From: an uncultured Lachnospiraceae bacterium
Lineage (GTDB): Bacteria > Bacillota > Clostridia > Lachnospirales > Lachnospiraceae
Assembly (NCBI GenBank): GCA_965646165.1
Contig: CBFFYP010000040.1
Location: forward strand, 1-41,002
Length of the DNA stretch: 41,002 nt
Direction: 5' to 3'
The notes under the pieces are model-generated. The model had not been told where the DNA came from, ran no database searches, and was given only the letters and a program-made list of their open reading frames with translations. The position numbers were made by a program, and so were the translations under genes. This document shows positions 24,029 to 33,970 of this stretch, piece by piece (within the stretch, counting starts at the first letter, position 1; each line of letters starts with the position of its first letter).

Positions 24029-25779
24029 CGAATTTTTTGATTCCATTCAATCAGGGTTTGAGCATCGATTTTTAAAATTTTTCTGTCATAGGTAAAGATT
24101 CCGTTGATTTCTTCTTCTACGTCGGAAAGCTGTGTATAAACGGAAGCGGAAAGTCCGTTTTGAAATGCTGGAAAAATCAGTGTTTCCATTAATTTATGAT
24201 AGCCGTTTGTCAAAGATTTTCGGTTAGGAAAGGTGCGGTAGCCAAATGTTTTTGAGGAATAGCTATGTTTTGGTACATGCCAAGCGTAGCCGCCAAACTC
24301 AGTCAGAGCAAGTGCACGTCTTTCCGGGTGGAGAATCAGTGAGAAAAAGTAGTAGTGAATACTTTTGATATCTCCTCCGCCTTGATCGAACCAGCCGCTG
24401 GCATGATCGATCAGTCGTTCTGGATCCAGACTGCGAATCAGTTCTGCTGCAAAGAGTGCCCGAAATTGTCCCCAGCCTTCGTTAAATGGAACCCAGCATA
24501 TAATGCAGGGGTGGGAAGAGAGAAAGCGGATGCTGGAAACCATTTCTTTTGCCCATTCTTTTCTGCCTTCTTTATTTTGACGTGAAAGCAGTGCATGAGG
24601 GTGATCGAAAACTCTTTTGCCGGAATAGTTAAAAAGGGTTGCCATATAAGTAACAAACCAGTGATGATAATGACTTCCGCCGTTTACCATATCCTGCCAG
24701 ACTAAAATACCAAGCCGATCACAGGTATAATACCAGCGTTCGGATTCGATTTTCAGATGTTTTCGTATCATATTAAAGCCTAGTTTTTTTACAGAAAGGA
24801 TATCAAAGATCATGGCTTCTTCGCATGGCGGGGTGTAAAGACCGTCCGGCCAGTATCCCTGATCGAGGATTCCGACTTGAGGATAAGGACGGTTGTTGAG
24901 AAAAATTCGCCGAATCCCATTAGAATCCGTTTGTATATCACATTTTCGAAGAGCAAAGTAACTAGATACTTGATCGGTGGCAGTTGTAATGGTTACTTGA
25001 TATAGATAGGGATGTTCCGGGCTCCATGGATAAAATTCTTTAATTGGAATCAGGAAGCTTTGATTGCTGGTAATGGAGTAAGAACATGTGCCGGACGGAA
25101 GAAGCAGCTTGATGGAAGCAGGACAAGTTTCTTTAGTAGAAATCTTGACAGTTATTTCTTTTTTATCATAGTTGGGAGTGAATTTTATATAGCGTATAAA
25201 ATTATCCGGTACAATTTCCATCCAAACCGTCTGCCAGATACCGCTTTGTGCCGTATAAAACATACCACTGTTATGCAGTTTTTGTTTTCCACGGCTGTGA
25301 TAGGAGGTATCGCTGGGATCGGTAACTCGAACAAAGAGATCACAGATCTCTTGAGATTGGAAGGTGTCTTGAACTGCTTCTGTAATATTTATAGAAAAAG
25401 GGAGATAACCTCCGCTGTGTGATCCGACTTCTTTTTGATTGATATAAACGGTGCAGGATTGATCGACTGCACCAAAATGCAGATAGAGTCGTTCGGTAGG
25501 TTGGAGTTGTAAAAAAGAAATCGTTCTGTGATACCAAAGAAATTCATTTGGTTTTAATTGGCGTTTTACTCCTGATAATTGGGATTCAGGAGAAAATGGA
25601 ACTAAAATTTTTCCCTTATAGGCGGAGGGAAATTTGGCGTTTCGGCTGATGGTATAGTCCCAATAGCCATTTAAATTGATATAAGAGGAGCGAACCATAG
25701 TAGGACGGGGGTATTCCTGCCAGACATTTGTTTCTGTAATATGTTTGGTCCAGTAGGTTTCTAGCGTATGTTTTTTCAT
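24016..25779 (-). CDS. Glycoside hydrolase family 2 enzyme (beta-glucuronidase/beta-galactosidase-like), cytoplasmic
   Basis: N-terminal sugar-binding LNGYWDY...HFGAVDQSCTVYINQKEVGSHSGGYLPF aligns with E. coli GusA LDGLWAF...RFDAVTHYGKVWVNNQEVMEHQGGYTPF. NE catalytic region WVPFNEGWG. Confidence 0.85.
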   Translation of the reverse strand: MKKHTLETYWTKHITETNVWQEYPRPTMVRSSYINLNGYWDYTISRNAKFPSAYKGKILVPFSPESQLSGVKRQLKPNEFLWYHRTISFLQLQPTERLYLHFGAVDQSCTVYINQKEVGSHSGGYLPFSINITEAVQDTFQSQEICDLFVRVTDPSDTSYHSRGKQKLHNSGMFYTAQSGIWQTVWMEIVPDNFIRYIKFTPNYDKKEITVKISTKETCPASIKLLLPSGTCSYSITSNQSFLIPIKEFYPWSPEHPYLYQVTITTATDQVSSYFALRKCDIQTDSNGIRRIFLNNRPYPQVGILDQGYWPDGLYTPPCEEAMIFDILSVKKLGFNMIRKHLKIESERWYYTCDRLGILVWQDMVNGGSHYHHWFVTYMATLFNYSGKRVFDHPHALLSRQNKEGRKEWAKEMVSSIRFLSSHPCIICWVPFNEGWGQFRALFAAELIRSLDPERLIDHASGWFDQGGGDIKSIHYYFFSLILHPERRALALTEFGGYAWHVPKHSYSSKTFGYRTFPNRKSLTNGYHKLMETLIFPAFQNGLSASVYTQLSDVEEEINGIFTYDRKILKIDAQTLIEWNQKIRGGR

Positions 25780-26021
25780 AGTAATTGCACCTGCCTTTTT
25801 TGGATAGAATAAATTATAAATAATAGGAAATCTTATATGCAGCTTGTGATAAAATTAGTATAAATCATATTCCAAAAAAAGAAAAGTCGTAGATCGCTGA
25901 AAAAAGTACTTGTAAGCGGTCATTTTTCTGTTATAATCATTATCGTACACAGATACTGGTATTTTTGGCAGAATCTGTGTACGATAAGAAAAGGGAGAAA
26001 GAGAAAAGATAGGAGAGTATA

Positions 26022-26588
26022 ATGCGAGTAATAGCAGGAAAGGCAAGGAGGCTTCCGCTTCAGACAATCGATGGAAAGGATACCAGACCAACGACCGATC
26101 GGATTAAAGAAACGCTATTTAATATGCTGCAGCAAGAGATACCAGATAGTTTGGTTTTGGATCTTTTTTCCGGCAGCGGAGGAATTGGAATTGAAGCATT
26201 GAGTCGTGGGGCAAAAAAAGCTTATTTTGTAGAAAATAATAAAAAGGCGGCTGCATGTATTCGTGCCAATTTGGAATTTACGAAATTAAAAGAAGATGCA
26301 GTTGTAATGGAATGTGATTATTTGACAGCACTTAATAGGCTGGAAGGAGAGGAAATTTTATTTGATGTTATTTTTTTAGACCCTCCTTATCGAAAGGGGT
26401 ATGAGAGGCAGGTTTTACAGTATTTAAGAGATTCGAAATTAGCAGGGGAGGATACTTTCATTGTGATAGAAGCATCTCTTTCTACGGAGTTAGAGGATGT
26501 ACAGATACTGGGATTTGCAATAGAGAAAGAAAAAAAGTATAAGACGAATAAGCATATTTTTTTAAAAAGAAACCAGAATAGAATATAG
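26022..26588 (+). CDS. rsmD: 16S rRNA (guanine966-N2)-methyltransferase
   Basis: LDLFSGSGGIGIEALSRGA and FLDPPY motifs. Followed by coaD as in many Firmicutes. Confidence 0.9.
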   Translation: MRVIAGKARRLPLQTIDGKDTRPTTDRIKETLFNMLQQEIPDSLVLDLFSGSGGIGIEALSRGAKKAYFVENNKKAAACIRANLEFTKLKEDAVVMECDYLTALNRLEGEEILFDVIFLDPPYRKGYERQVLQYLRDSKLAGEDTFIVIEASLSTELEDVQILGFAIEKEKKYKTNKHIFLKRNQNRI

Positions 26589-26618
26589 GCAAAAGAAATA
26601 TAAGGAGAAAAAGTTGTT

Positions 26619-27104
26619 ATGAATCGAGCAATTTATCCCGGCAGTTTTGATCCGGTGACATTGGGACATTTAGATATTATTGAGCGTTCCCTTGCCATTA
26701 CAGATGAGCTGATTGTAGGTGTCTTAAATAATAAATCAAAAAGTCCGTTGTTTTCCGTAGAAGAACGTGTTAATATGTTAAAAGAAGTGACAAGACACCT
26801 AAAACATGTAACGATTCAGTCTTTTGATGGTTTGTTAGTAGAGTTTGCTGTACAGTCACAGGCAAATATGATTGTCAGAGGTCTGCGTGCGATTACTGAT
26901 TTTGAGTATGAGCTTCAGATGTCACAGATTAATCATGCATTAAATTCAAATATAGAAACCGTTTTTCTTACAACACGTTTAGAATATGCCTATCTTAGTT
27001 CAAGTACAGTAAAAGAAGTAGCTGCAATGGGCGGAGCGATTTATAAATTTGTGCCGGAGTTGGTTGTGAGGAAGCTCTATGAGAAGTATGGAGTGAGTGG
27101 ATAG
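26619..27104 (+). CDS. coaD: Phosphopantetheine adenylyltransferase
   Basis: [18 protein letters not shown] nucleotidyltransferase signature, 161 aa. Confidence 0.93.
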   Translation: MNRAIYPGSFDPVTLGHLDIIERSLAITDELIVGVLNNKSKSPLFSVEERVNMLKEVTRHLKHVTIQSFDGLLVEFAVQSQANMIVRGLRAITDFEYELQMSQINHALNSNIETVFLTTRLEYAYLSSSTVKEVAAMGGAIYKFVPELVVRKLYEKYGVSG

Positions 27105-27119
27105 AAGGAGAAATCGTAA

Positions 27120-27749
27120 ATGAGTGCAAATAATACCAGTAAGATCGAGCAGCTAATCGAAGAGATTGAGGATTTTATCGATGGCTGTAAACCGCAGCCC
27201 TTATCAAACACAAAGATTATTGTGAATAAGGATCAGTTTTTAGAGTTAATTACAGAACTGAAACTGCGCACACCGGATGAAATAAAAAAATACCAGAGCA
27301 TTATACGAAACCGGGATGAGATCCTAGCAAAAGCACAGGCAGATGCAGCGAAGCTCCTACAGGATGCCAAGACACAGACCAATGAATTGGTAAATGAAAG
27401 TGAAGTAGTACAGCAGGCTTATTTAAGAGCAAATGAGATTTTACAGATGGCAACACAGCAGGCGCAGGAGATTATTGATGCTGCAGCAATGGATGCCAAT
27501 AGTATTCGTATGGGTGCAATTCAGTATACGGATGATATACTTGCAGATACACAGAATATTATAGCGGACACATTGGAAAGTGCCGCTATGAAATATGATA
27601 GTTTTCAAAAATTATTGATTTCCACTTATGAACAGATTCGCACTAATCGGGCAGAACTGCTGCCGCCGGAAGAAAACAAACAGGATACCAGTTCGGACTC
27701 AGATCAGACACAGGCAGCAGAAAACTATAATGGAAATGAATATGAATAA
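27120..27749 (+). CDS. Hypothetical coiled-coil protein (Q/A/E-rich), conserved position between coaD and ylbJ
   Basis: ORF with RBS. No catalytic motif recognised. Confidence 0.5.
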   Translation: MSANNTSKIEQLIEEIEDFIDGCKPQPLSNTKIIVNKDQFLELITELKLRTPDEIKKYQSIIRNRDEILAKAQADAAKLLQDAKTQTNELVNESEVVQQAYLRANEILQMATQQAQEIIDAAAMDANSIRMGAIQYTDDILADTQNIIADTLESAAMKYDSFQKLLISTYEQIRTNRAELLPPEENKQDTSSDSDQTQAAENYNGNEYE

Positions 27750-27807
27750 AAGACAGGAAAAAAGTAGTCTACATAGTGGTTAATTTATGTACTGCATTTT
27801 TGATTAT

Positions 27808-28719
27808 TTATAGAAAGATAAAAAGGAAAACCGTACAAAGAAAGCAGGTAAGCAGTTTGCCAACCAAATAATAACGAGCCGGAATTTCTCCTTCTTTTAA
27901 CAGGGTATAGGATTGGGCAAAGCCGGATAAGCTGCCGAAAGAAACACAGGCACAGACAGCAATGACCCGAAGTTTAAGAGAAACAGGGAGTTTTCCAAGC
28001 AGGCTTGCCCCGGTTGTCAGTTCAATAACGGCTGTTAAAAACAGGCGAAGCGGTATAGGAAGAAATACTGCTGACTGAAGAAAAGCGGAAAGTACGGCAA
28101 AAAAAGTGATATAGCCTCCAAGACGGACAATCGTTTGAAAAGCGTTCATAATAGCGTGATCTAGATATTGAAATTGAAAAGCAGCAGGCGGGGAACTGCT
28201 TTGCAAAGAAAGGTCAGGTTCATTTGTCTGTTTTTGAAAAAGAAAGCGAAATAAAATACCAGTAATAAGGGGGGCAGAGTAAAACGAAAACAGGACAGGC
28301 AGCAAAAGTCCGTTTTTGCCGGAGAAAATACCATGACAGATAAAGCTGATTACAAAAGCAGGGCTTGCGTTGTTACAGAAGCTGACAAGATAAGCAGCTT
28401 CCTCTTTTTTTATTTTTTGGTGCTTTACTAATTCTAAACAGCTTTTGCTGCCCATCGGAAATCCACATAGAAAGCCAGATATTACAGCAAAACTGCCGTC
28501 TTTTGAAGTGCCAAACAGCAGATGGCACAGAGGAGAAAGCAAAGCGGTAAGATAGGAAACTGCATCTGCTTCAAATAACAGATTGGAAAAAATTAAAAAG
28601 GGAAGCAGGGAAGGTACAACAGAGTTTAACCATAGGTTTAACCCTGTTTTTGCACCAAGAACTGTAATTTCCGGATTAGAAAGCAGCATAAGAAATGCCA
28701 GAATCAGGAAAATTGCCAT
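27808..28719 (-). CDS. ylbJ: YlbJ-like sporulation integral membrane protein (nucleoside-recognition/Gate domain)
   Basis: Polytopic membrane protein of about 300 aa in the conserved ylbH(rsmD)-coaD-ylbJ neighbourhood. Confidence 0.55.
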   Translation of the reverse strand: MAIFLILAFLMLLSNPEITVLGAKTGLNLWLNSVVPSLLPFLIFSNLLFEADAVSYLTALLSPLCHLLFGTSKDGSFAVISGFLCGFPMGSKSCLELVKHQKIKKEEAAYLVSFCNNASPAFVISFICHGIFSGKNGLLLPVLFSFYSAPLITGILFRFLFQKQTNEPDLSLQSSSPPAAFQFQYLDHAIMNAFQTIVRLGGYITFFAVLSAFLQSAVFLPIPLRLFLTAVIELTTGASLLGKLPVSLKLRVIAVCACVSFGSLSGFAQSYTLLKEGEIPARYYLVGKLLTCFLCTVFLFIFL

Positions 28720-28818
28720 AAAAGATCTGCCTTTTTTCTTTATTTATTGCTAATGTATTCAAAAGTGAAGTAAATAGAACAGGCTGCCAAGAAAACAGGT
28801 TGATTTTTTTTTGATTTT

Positions 28819-30300
28819 GTGTCAATATTACATATAGTATGTTTTGAAGGAGGTATTGTTTTGTTGGAATTATTAAAACCGGAACGAGTATTTTATTATT
28901 TTGAAGAAATTTCAAAAATCCCGCATGGTTCGGGAAATACCAAAGCGATTAGTGATTATTGTGTTGCATTTGCAAAAGAGCATGGACTTTCTTATATACA
29001 GGATAGTTGGAATAATATTATTTTGATGAAAGAGGCTTCAAAAGGAAGAGAGCAGGATGATGGAATTATTCTGCAGGGGCATTTGGATATGGTAACAGTA
29101 AAGGATGAGGATTGTGATATTGATTTTTCGAAGGATGCTCTGCGTTTAAAAATGGATGGAGATGAAATTTATGCGGAGGGTACAAGTCTTGGAGGAGATG
29201 ACGGAATTGCGGTTGCTTATGCACTGGCAGTTTTAGAAGATGACAGCCTTTCTCATCCGCATTTGGAAGTGGTGCTGACGGTGGATGAAGAGATTGGACT
29301 TTTAGGAGCAGCGGGCATTGATTTATCGATGCTAAAGGGACAGTATCTGATTAATTTGGATTCCGAAGAAGAGGGTGTTTTTTTAACAAGTTGTGCAGGA
29401 GGTTTAAGAGGGGATATGGTTATTCCGGTTCGTTATCTGGAAGAAGAGGGGATTTTATATCAGATAAAGGTGACGGGACTAACAGGAGGACATTCTGGTT
29501 CTGAGATTGACAAGGAGCGTGCTAATGCGATAAAATTAACGGGACGTTTGCTTTTGGAGTTAGAGCAAAAGATTTCCTATGGAATTTGTAAACTGCAGGG
29601 CGGAGAAAAAGATAATGCGATTGCGGCGGAGTGTGCGTTTTCTTTGTTGGTAAAGGCAGAAGATGCTGGGCAGTTTGAGCAGCTTTTACAGGAGCGGATG
29701 GCGGTTTATCAGGCAGAGTATGCATGTTCTGATCCGAATCTTAGGATAGAGTGGAGAAAAAGGGATAGTAGGATAGAAAAGAGGATTGACTTGTCTTGTC
29801 AGAAGAATGTTGTTTATCTGCTGGCAAATCTGCCGAATGGGGTGCAGAATTGGAGCAGAATCATTCCGGGATTGGTGGAAACTTCTTTAAATCTTGGGAT
29901 TGTATTGCTGGATCAGGAGAAACTTACGGTTACGGCTTCAGTTCGAAGCAGTGTAGGAAGCCGAAAAGAGGCACTGAGCAATCAGCTTCGTTCGATGACA
30001 GAGTTTTTAGGGGGAGAATATACGACACGTGGAGAGTATCCGGCTTGGGAGTATCGGGCGGATTCAAAACTGCGGGAAACGGCAGTAGAGATTTATAGAG
30101 AAAAGTATAAAAAAGAACCGTTGGTACAGGCAATTCATGCTGGGTTGGAGTGTGGGATTCTTTTAGAGAAATGCCCAAGGCTGGATGCGATTTCTTTTGG
30201 ACCAGATATAAAGGATATTCATACTACACGGGAGCGGTTGAGTATTTCTTCTGTGGCACGGGTTTGGGAGTATTTGGTGGAGGTACTGGAAAAATTATGA
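28819..30300 (+). CDS. pepD: Aminoacyl-histidine dipeptidase (M20 family, PepD-like)
   Basis: GHLDMV, DDG, multiple M20 motifs. True start may be TTG 28861 after GGAGG (28848-28852). Confidence 0.85.
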   Translation: MSILHIVCFEGGIVLLELLKPERVFYYFEEISKIPHGSGNTKAISDYCVAFAKEHGLSYIQDSWNNIILMKEASKGREQDDGIILQGHLDMVTVKDEDCDIDFSKDALRLKMDGDEIYAEGTSLGGDDGIAVAYALAVLEDDSLSHPHLEVVLTVDEEIGLLGAAGIDLSMLKGQYLINLDSEEEGVFLTSCAGGLRGDMVIPVRYLEEEGILYQIKVTGLTGGHSGSEIDKERANAIKLTGRLLLELEQKISYGICKLQGGEKDNAIAAECAFSLLVKAEDAGQFEQLLQERMAVYQAEYACSDPNLRIEWRKRDSRIEKRIDLSCQKNVVYLLANLPNGVQNWSRIIPGLVETSLNLGIVLLDQEKLTVTASVRSSVGSRKEALSNQLRSMTEFLGGEYTTRGEYPAWEYRADSKLRETAVEIYREKYKKEPLVQAIHAGLECGILLEKCPRLDAISFGPDIKDIHTTRERLSISSVARVWEYLVEVLEKL

Positions 30301-30302
30301 TA

Positions 30303-30470
30303 AGGGAAACGCTGAAATCCAAAAGGGGGTCTGCTCCGGGCTCGCTTGCGCTTAGCATTTCCTATTTTCATAGCGGACACATAAGGCACTAAAATACAGC
30401 AACACAGTGCTTAAGTGCCGACGGGAAATGATGACCCTGCATAGAACCCCATTTGGCTTTCGGCTGTGTG
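30303..30470 (+). repeat. Family-2 structured repeat, copy 3
   Basis: Begins GGGAAACGCTGAAATCC 3 nt after the pepD stop. Outer arms GGGGGTCTGC / GCATAGAACCCC covary with copy 1 (AAGG/CCTT to GGGG/CCCC). Confidence 0.75.
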
Positions 30471-30647
30471 TACCTGATTGACATAATTTTTTAGCACCTG
30501 ATTTGTGCAGATTTTTGATTGTGTGTTGTTAGATTAGGGAAAGTTTTTTATATTTGGAGTATTTTGATTTAGAGGACGGGAGTTATGATGTTGTGATAGC
30601 TGAGAGAAAATGAAGTGGATTTATGATGAGAAGAAAAAGGAGACAGT

Positions 30648-31727
30648 ATGGCTAAGACAAACGAAAGAAGTGTAGGAAGACAAAAGGGAGCTTTTGCAAG
30701 GAAGCCGTTGTGGTATAAGGTTTTTATGATTACGGCACTGGTGATTATTTTGTGTTTGGTAGGAATGATATTTTATGTGTATTATCTGATGTCGCTGGCA
30801 AATTATGATGATGGTTCGGATCATGTTGTGCAGGAGGACTATTTTGAAACTGTACCAGTGGAAGAGTATACGCATTTACCAGAGGCTACATTGGAAACGG
30901 TTGCAGATAAGGATACGGATGGACGTTCGAAAGAGGGAATTACGAATATTTTATTGTTGGGATTGGATCAGGAGTCCGGGAATCTTTCGGATGCTTTGAT
31001 TGTAGTGACGTTAGATACGAATCATAAAAAAATTATGCTGACTTCTTTTATGAGAGATATGCTGGTGCAGATTCCGGGGTATTCGAATAATAAATTGAAT
31101 ACACCTTATCAAAAGGGAGGAATTCAACTGGTGTATGATGTATTTTCTCATAATTTTGATTTGGATTTGGATGGTTATGTGGCGATTAATTATAATATGC
31201 TGGAGAAGGTAATTGATAAGCTGGGAGGAATTTCGCTTTATATTGATGCGGATGAAGCGAATTTCCAGAACACATCGAATTTTATTTCAAATCCGGCTTA
31301 TCGAAATTTAATACCGGGGGCAACACAGACGTTAAATGGCTGTCAGGTAGTTGGATATTGCAGAAATCGAGTTAGTTTAAAGACAAGTGATTTTGGACGG
31401 ACACAGAAGCAGCGGGTTGTATTGAATGCGATTTATGAAAAATTTAAGGATCAGAGTTTGCCGGAGTTACTTTCCTTGATGGAAACGGTGCTGCCATATG
31501 TGACTACGGATTTGGATTTGATGGAGATGACTTCACTTGCTACCAAGGTGTTTGATGCTGGAGTGCTTTCTGCTGAGATGGAACAGTTTCGGATTCCTGT
31601 AGATGGAAGTTATACGGATAGCTGGTATAATGCAATGCTGGTGCTGGATGTGGATTTTGAGAAAAATATTGAGGAACTGCATCGATTTATTTTTGGAGAA
31701 GAGGAAGAGGACAAAGACGAAAAATAG
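30648..31727 (+). CDS. LytR-CpsA-Psr (LCP) family cell-envelope phosphotransferase
   Basis: N-terminal TM helix. LCP core ILLLGLDQESGNLSDALIVVTLD... Confidence 0.88.
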   Translation: MAKTNERSVGRQKGAFARKPLWYKVFMITALVIILCLVGMIFYVYYLMSLANYDDGSDHVVQEDYFETVPVEEYTHLPEATLETVADKDTDGRSKEGITNILLLGLDQESGNLSDALIVVTLDTNHKKIMLTSFMRDMLVQIPGYSNNKLNTPYQKGGIQLVYDVFSHNFDLDLDGYVAINYNMLEKVIDKLGGISLYIDADEANFQNTSNFISNPAYRNLIPGATQTLNGCQVVGYCRNRVSLKTSDFGRTQKQRVVLNAIYEKFKDQSLPELLSLMETVLPYVTTDLDLMEMTSLATKVFDAGVLSAEMEQFRIPVDGSYTDSWYNAMLVLDVDFEKNIEELHRFIFGEEEEDKDEK

Positions 31728-31785
31728 AAGAAGATTCTAGAAATGACATAGCTTAGGCTATGTCATTTTTGGTATACTCTTTTGT

Positions 31786-32766
31786 TTGAGAGAATATGAT
31801 GTAAGGAATTGTTTGGGGGATAAATATTTTAAGATAGGGGGGATGGGGTTGGAATATCGGATTGTACAGAAAGAGAAGCAGCGTAAGAATCGAAAGGCTT
31901 TTTATTGGCTGATAGGGCTTTGTTTGTTTTTTGCTTTTTTTAATGTGGTTTTAATAGAACAATTAGTTTTTCAGGGTACGGTGCGCAGACTTCCTTCCTA
32001 TGCAGAAGAAACGGAGAGATTTCGGGAAATGTGGATGAGTGAGGAGGCAATTTTGGATTTAAAGGAATTTCAGGAAAACTATGATGTTCCTTTGGAGGAG
32101 GTGCTTGCTGTATGGATGGGAGTGAGTGAATTTCGTTTGGATCGGTTTGCTGCTATGCCAGATTCTGTGCGGGAGATCGAGTATTTTCAGGATAGTAAGG
32201 AATGGTATTTAGAACGGCAGGAGGAGGCTTATCAGAAGCTGGTAGAGGCTTATCGGGCAGTGATTTCTGATATTTTGTATTTTCCTGTTCCAAAGAGCAG
32301 TAATAGAAAGGCAGCGGATATTTATTATAGTAATGGCTGGGGGAGTGAACGGGTCTATAAAGATGCTTCTCATGTGCATGAGGGCTGTGACATTATGGCG
32401 GGAAATAATGAACGGGGGTATTTTCCGATTGTCAGTATGACGGACGGAGTAGTGGAACGGATTGGATGGTTAGAGAAGGGCGGGTATCGAATTGGGATTC
32501 GCAGTCCGAGTGGAGGATATTTCTATTATGCGCATCTTTATCGATACGCAAAGGATTGGAAAGAGGGAGATAGTGTAAAGGCAGGGGAATTGATTGGATT
32601 TATGGGGGACAGCGGGTATAGTAAGGTGGAGGGAACGGTAGGGAATTTTGCCGTGCATCTGCATCTGGGTATTTATATTCAGACGGAACATTATGTGGAA
32701 CAGAGTGTAAATCCTTATTGGATTTTGCGCTATTTTGAGGAAAAACGGCTTGGATGGGAATATTAA
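31786..32766 (+). CDS. M23 family metallopeptidase (C-terminal LytM domain) with N-terminal TM segment
   Basis: HEGCDIMAG ... GDSGYS ... HLHLGIY (HxxxD / HxH). Start uncertain; possibly ATG 31843. Confidence 0.75.
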   Translation: MREYDVRNCLGDKYFKIGGMGLEYRIVQKEKQRKNRKAFYWLIGLCLFFAFFNVVLIEQLVFQGTVRRLPSYAEETERFREMWMSEEAILDLKEFQENYDVPLEEVLAVWMGVSEFRLDRFAAMPDSVREIEYFQDSKEWYLERQEEAYQKLVEAYRAVISDILYFPVPKSSNRKAADIYYSNGWGSERVYKDASHVHEGCDIMAGNNERGYFPIVSMTDGVVERIGWLEKGGYRIGIRSPSGGYFYYAHLYRYAKDWKEGDSVKAGELIGFMGDSGYSKVEGTVGNFAVHLHLGIYIQTEHYVEQSVNPYWILRYFEEKRLGWEY

Positions 32767-33698
32767 ATAATAAGTCTTTGAAGAAATTGTTCGACTTGGG
32801 ATTTTCCTTTTAATAAATCAAGCCATCTTTTGGGAATGGTTTCAAAGCCATATAAAATTCCGGCAAGTCCGCCTGTTACACAAGCTGTGGTGTCGGTGTC
32901 ATTGCCTAATAGAATGGCTTGTTTTACAGCAGATTCATAGCTGGAAGTATGGTTTAGAATCATAAATGCACTGCGCAGACAGTCTACTACATAACCTGAT
33001 CCGCTGCCTTGCCAAGGTTCGTCTGGGCGAATACTCCATTCTAGTTCTTGGTCGTATTTGGGCATAGATTGGTAAATAGAGCGCAGGGAAGAAAGAGCCG
33101 TGGCAAGGGCTGTGGGAAAGTCGAGGTTTTTTAGTAAATAGCGTGCGGTCAGGCAGTAGAGGGCACAGCAGACTTGATTGCAGGGATGTCCGTGGGTGAT
33201 AAGACATTGGTTGTGAGCATCGGTTACTAGCTGCAGATCTGTTCCAGTGTGATAGAGGGCGAGAGGAAGGACTCTCATAAGTGCGCCGTTTCCTTTGCCG
33301 TTTGGACGCAGAAGACCGCATTTTTCGCAAGGTGTGCCTGTATGGTACGCATGAAGTGCTTCACTGGTTTGGATGCCAACGTCAAATACGATTCCTTCTA
33401 TTGCTAAATAGCCGTTTTCATACCAAGCAGAAAGCCGATCAGAAAAGTCTTTTAGGCAAAATTTATAACAGGTAAGAAGGCTGTCTAATAGGCAGAGTGC
33501 TTGAGAGCCATCGTCTGACCATGTTCCGGCGGGGACGGATGCATGGGAACGGGGGAAATAAGGGGGCGGTGTCATTTCAATTTCAGAATAGGGCGGGATT
33601 TCTTCGGCGGGGTGAAATTCGTAGGGGACGCCTAATGCATCACCGATTAGAAGACCGTATAATCCACCGGCGATTTGATTGTAGTTTTTGTTTTTCAT
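32763..33698 (-). CDS. ADP-ribosylglycohydrolase family protein
   Basis: GGLYGLLIGDALGVPYEF and GTWSDDGSQALCLLDSL motifs. Start ATG at 33698 with AAGGAG RBS; the ORF track extends to 33800. Confidence 0.8.
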   Translation of the reverse strand: MKNKNYNQIAGGLYGLLIGDALGVPYEFHPAEEIPPYSEIEMTPPPYFPRSHASVPAGTWSDDGSQALCLLDSLLTCYKFCLKDFSDRLSAWYENGYLAIEGIVFDVGIQTSEALHAYHTGTPCEKCGLLRPNGKGNGALMRVLPLALYHTGTDLQLVTDAHNQCLITHGHPCNQVCCALYCLTARYLLKNLDFPTALATALSSLRSIYQSMPKYDQELEWSIRPDEPWQGSGSGYVVDCLRSAFMILNHTSSYESAVKQAILLGNDTDTTACVTGGLAGILYGFETIPKRWLDLLKGKSQVEQFLQRLII

Positions 33699-33744
33699 GG
33701 GAAACTCCTTTTTGTAGTTGTTGTTAGTGATTGATTTTGTTGAA

Positions 33745-33915
33745 GAAGGGACGCCAAAGCTCCAAGGAAGGTCTGTTCCGGGCTCGCTTGTGCTTAGCAT
33801 TTCTTATTTCCTCATAGCGGACACTAAGGCGCTAAAACACAGCAACACAACGTCTAAGTGCCGAGATGACCCTGCGCAGACCTTCCTTGGGGCTTTGGCT
33901 GTGTATTTCGAGCGA
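33745..33915 (+). repeat. Family-2 structured repeat, copy 4
   Basis: GGGACGCCAAAGCTCCAAGGAAGGTCTG ... CAGACCTTCCTTGGGGCTTTGG. Outer stem retains pairing via T-G wobble after a double substitution relative to copy 1. Confidence 0.75.
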
Positions 33916-33970
33916 AAAAAATTTTTTCTTATGATTGATTATATTACTACGGCTATTAAAAGTCAATGTT

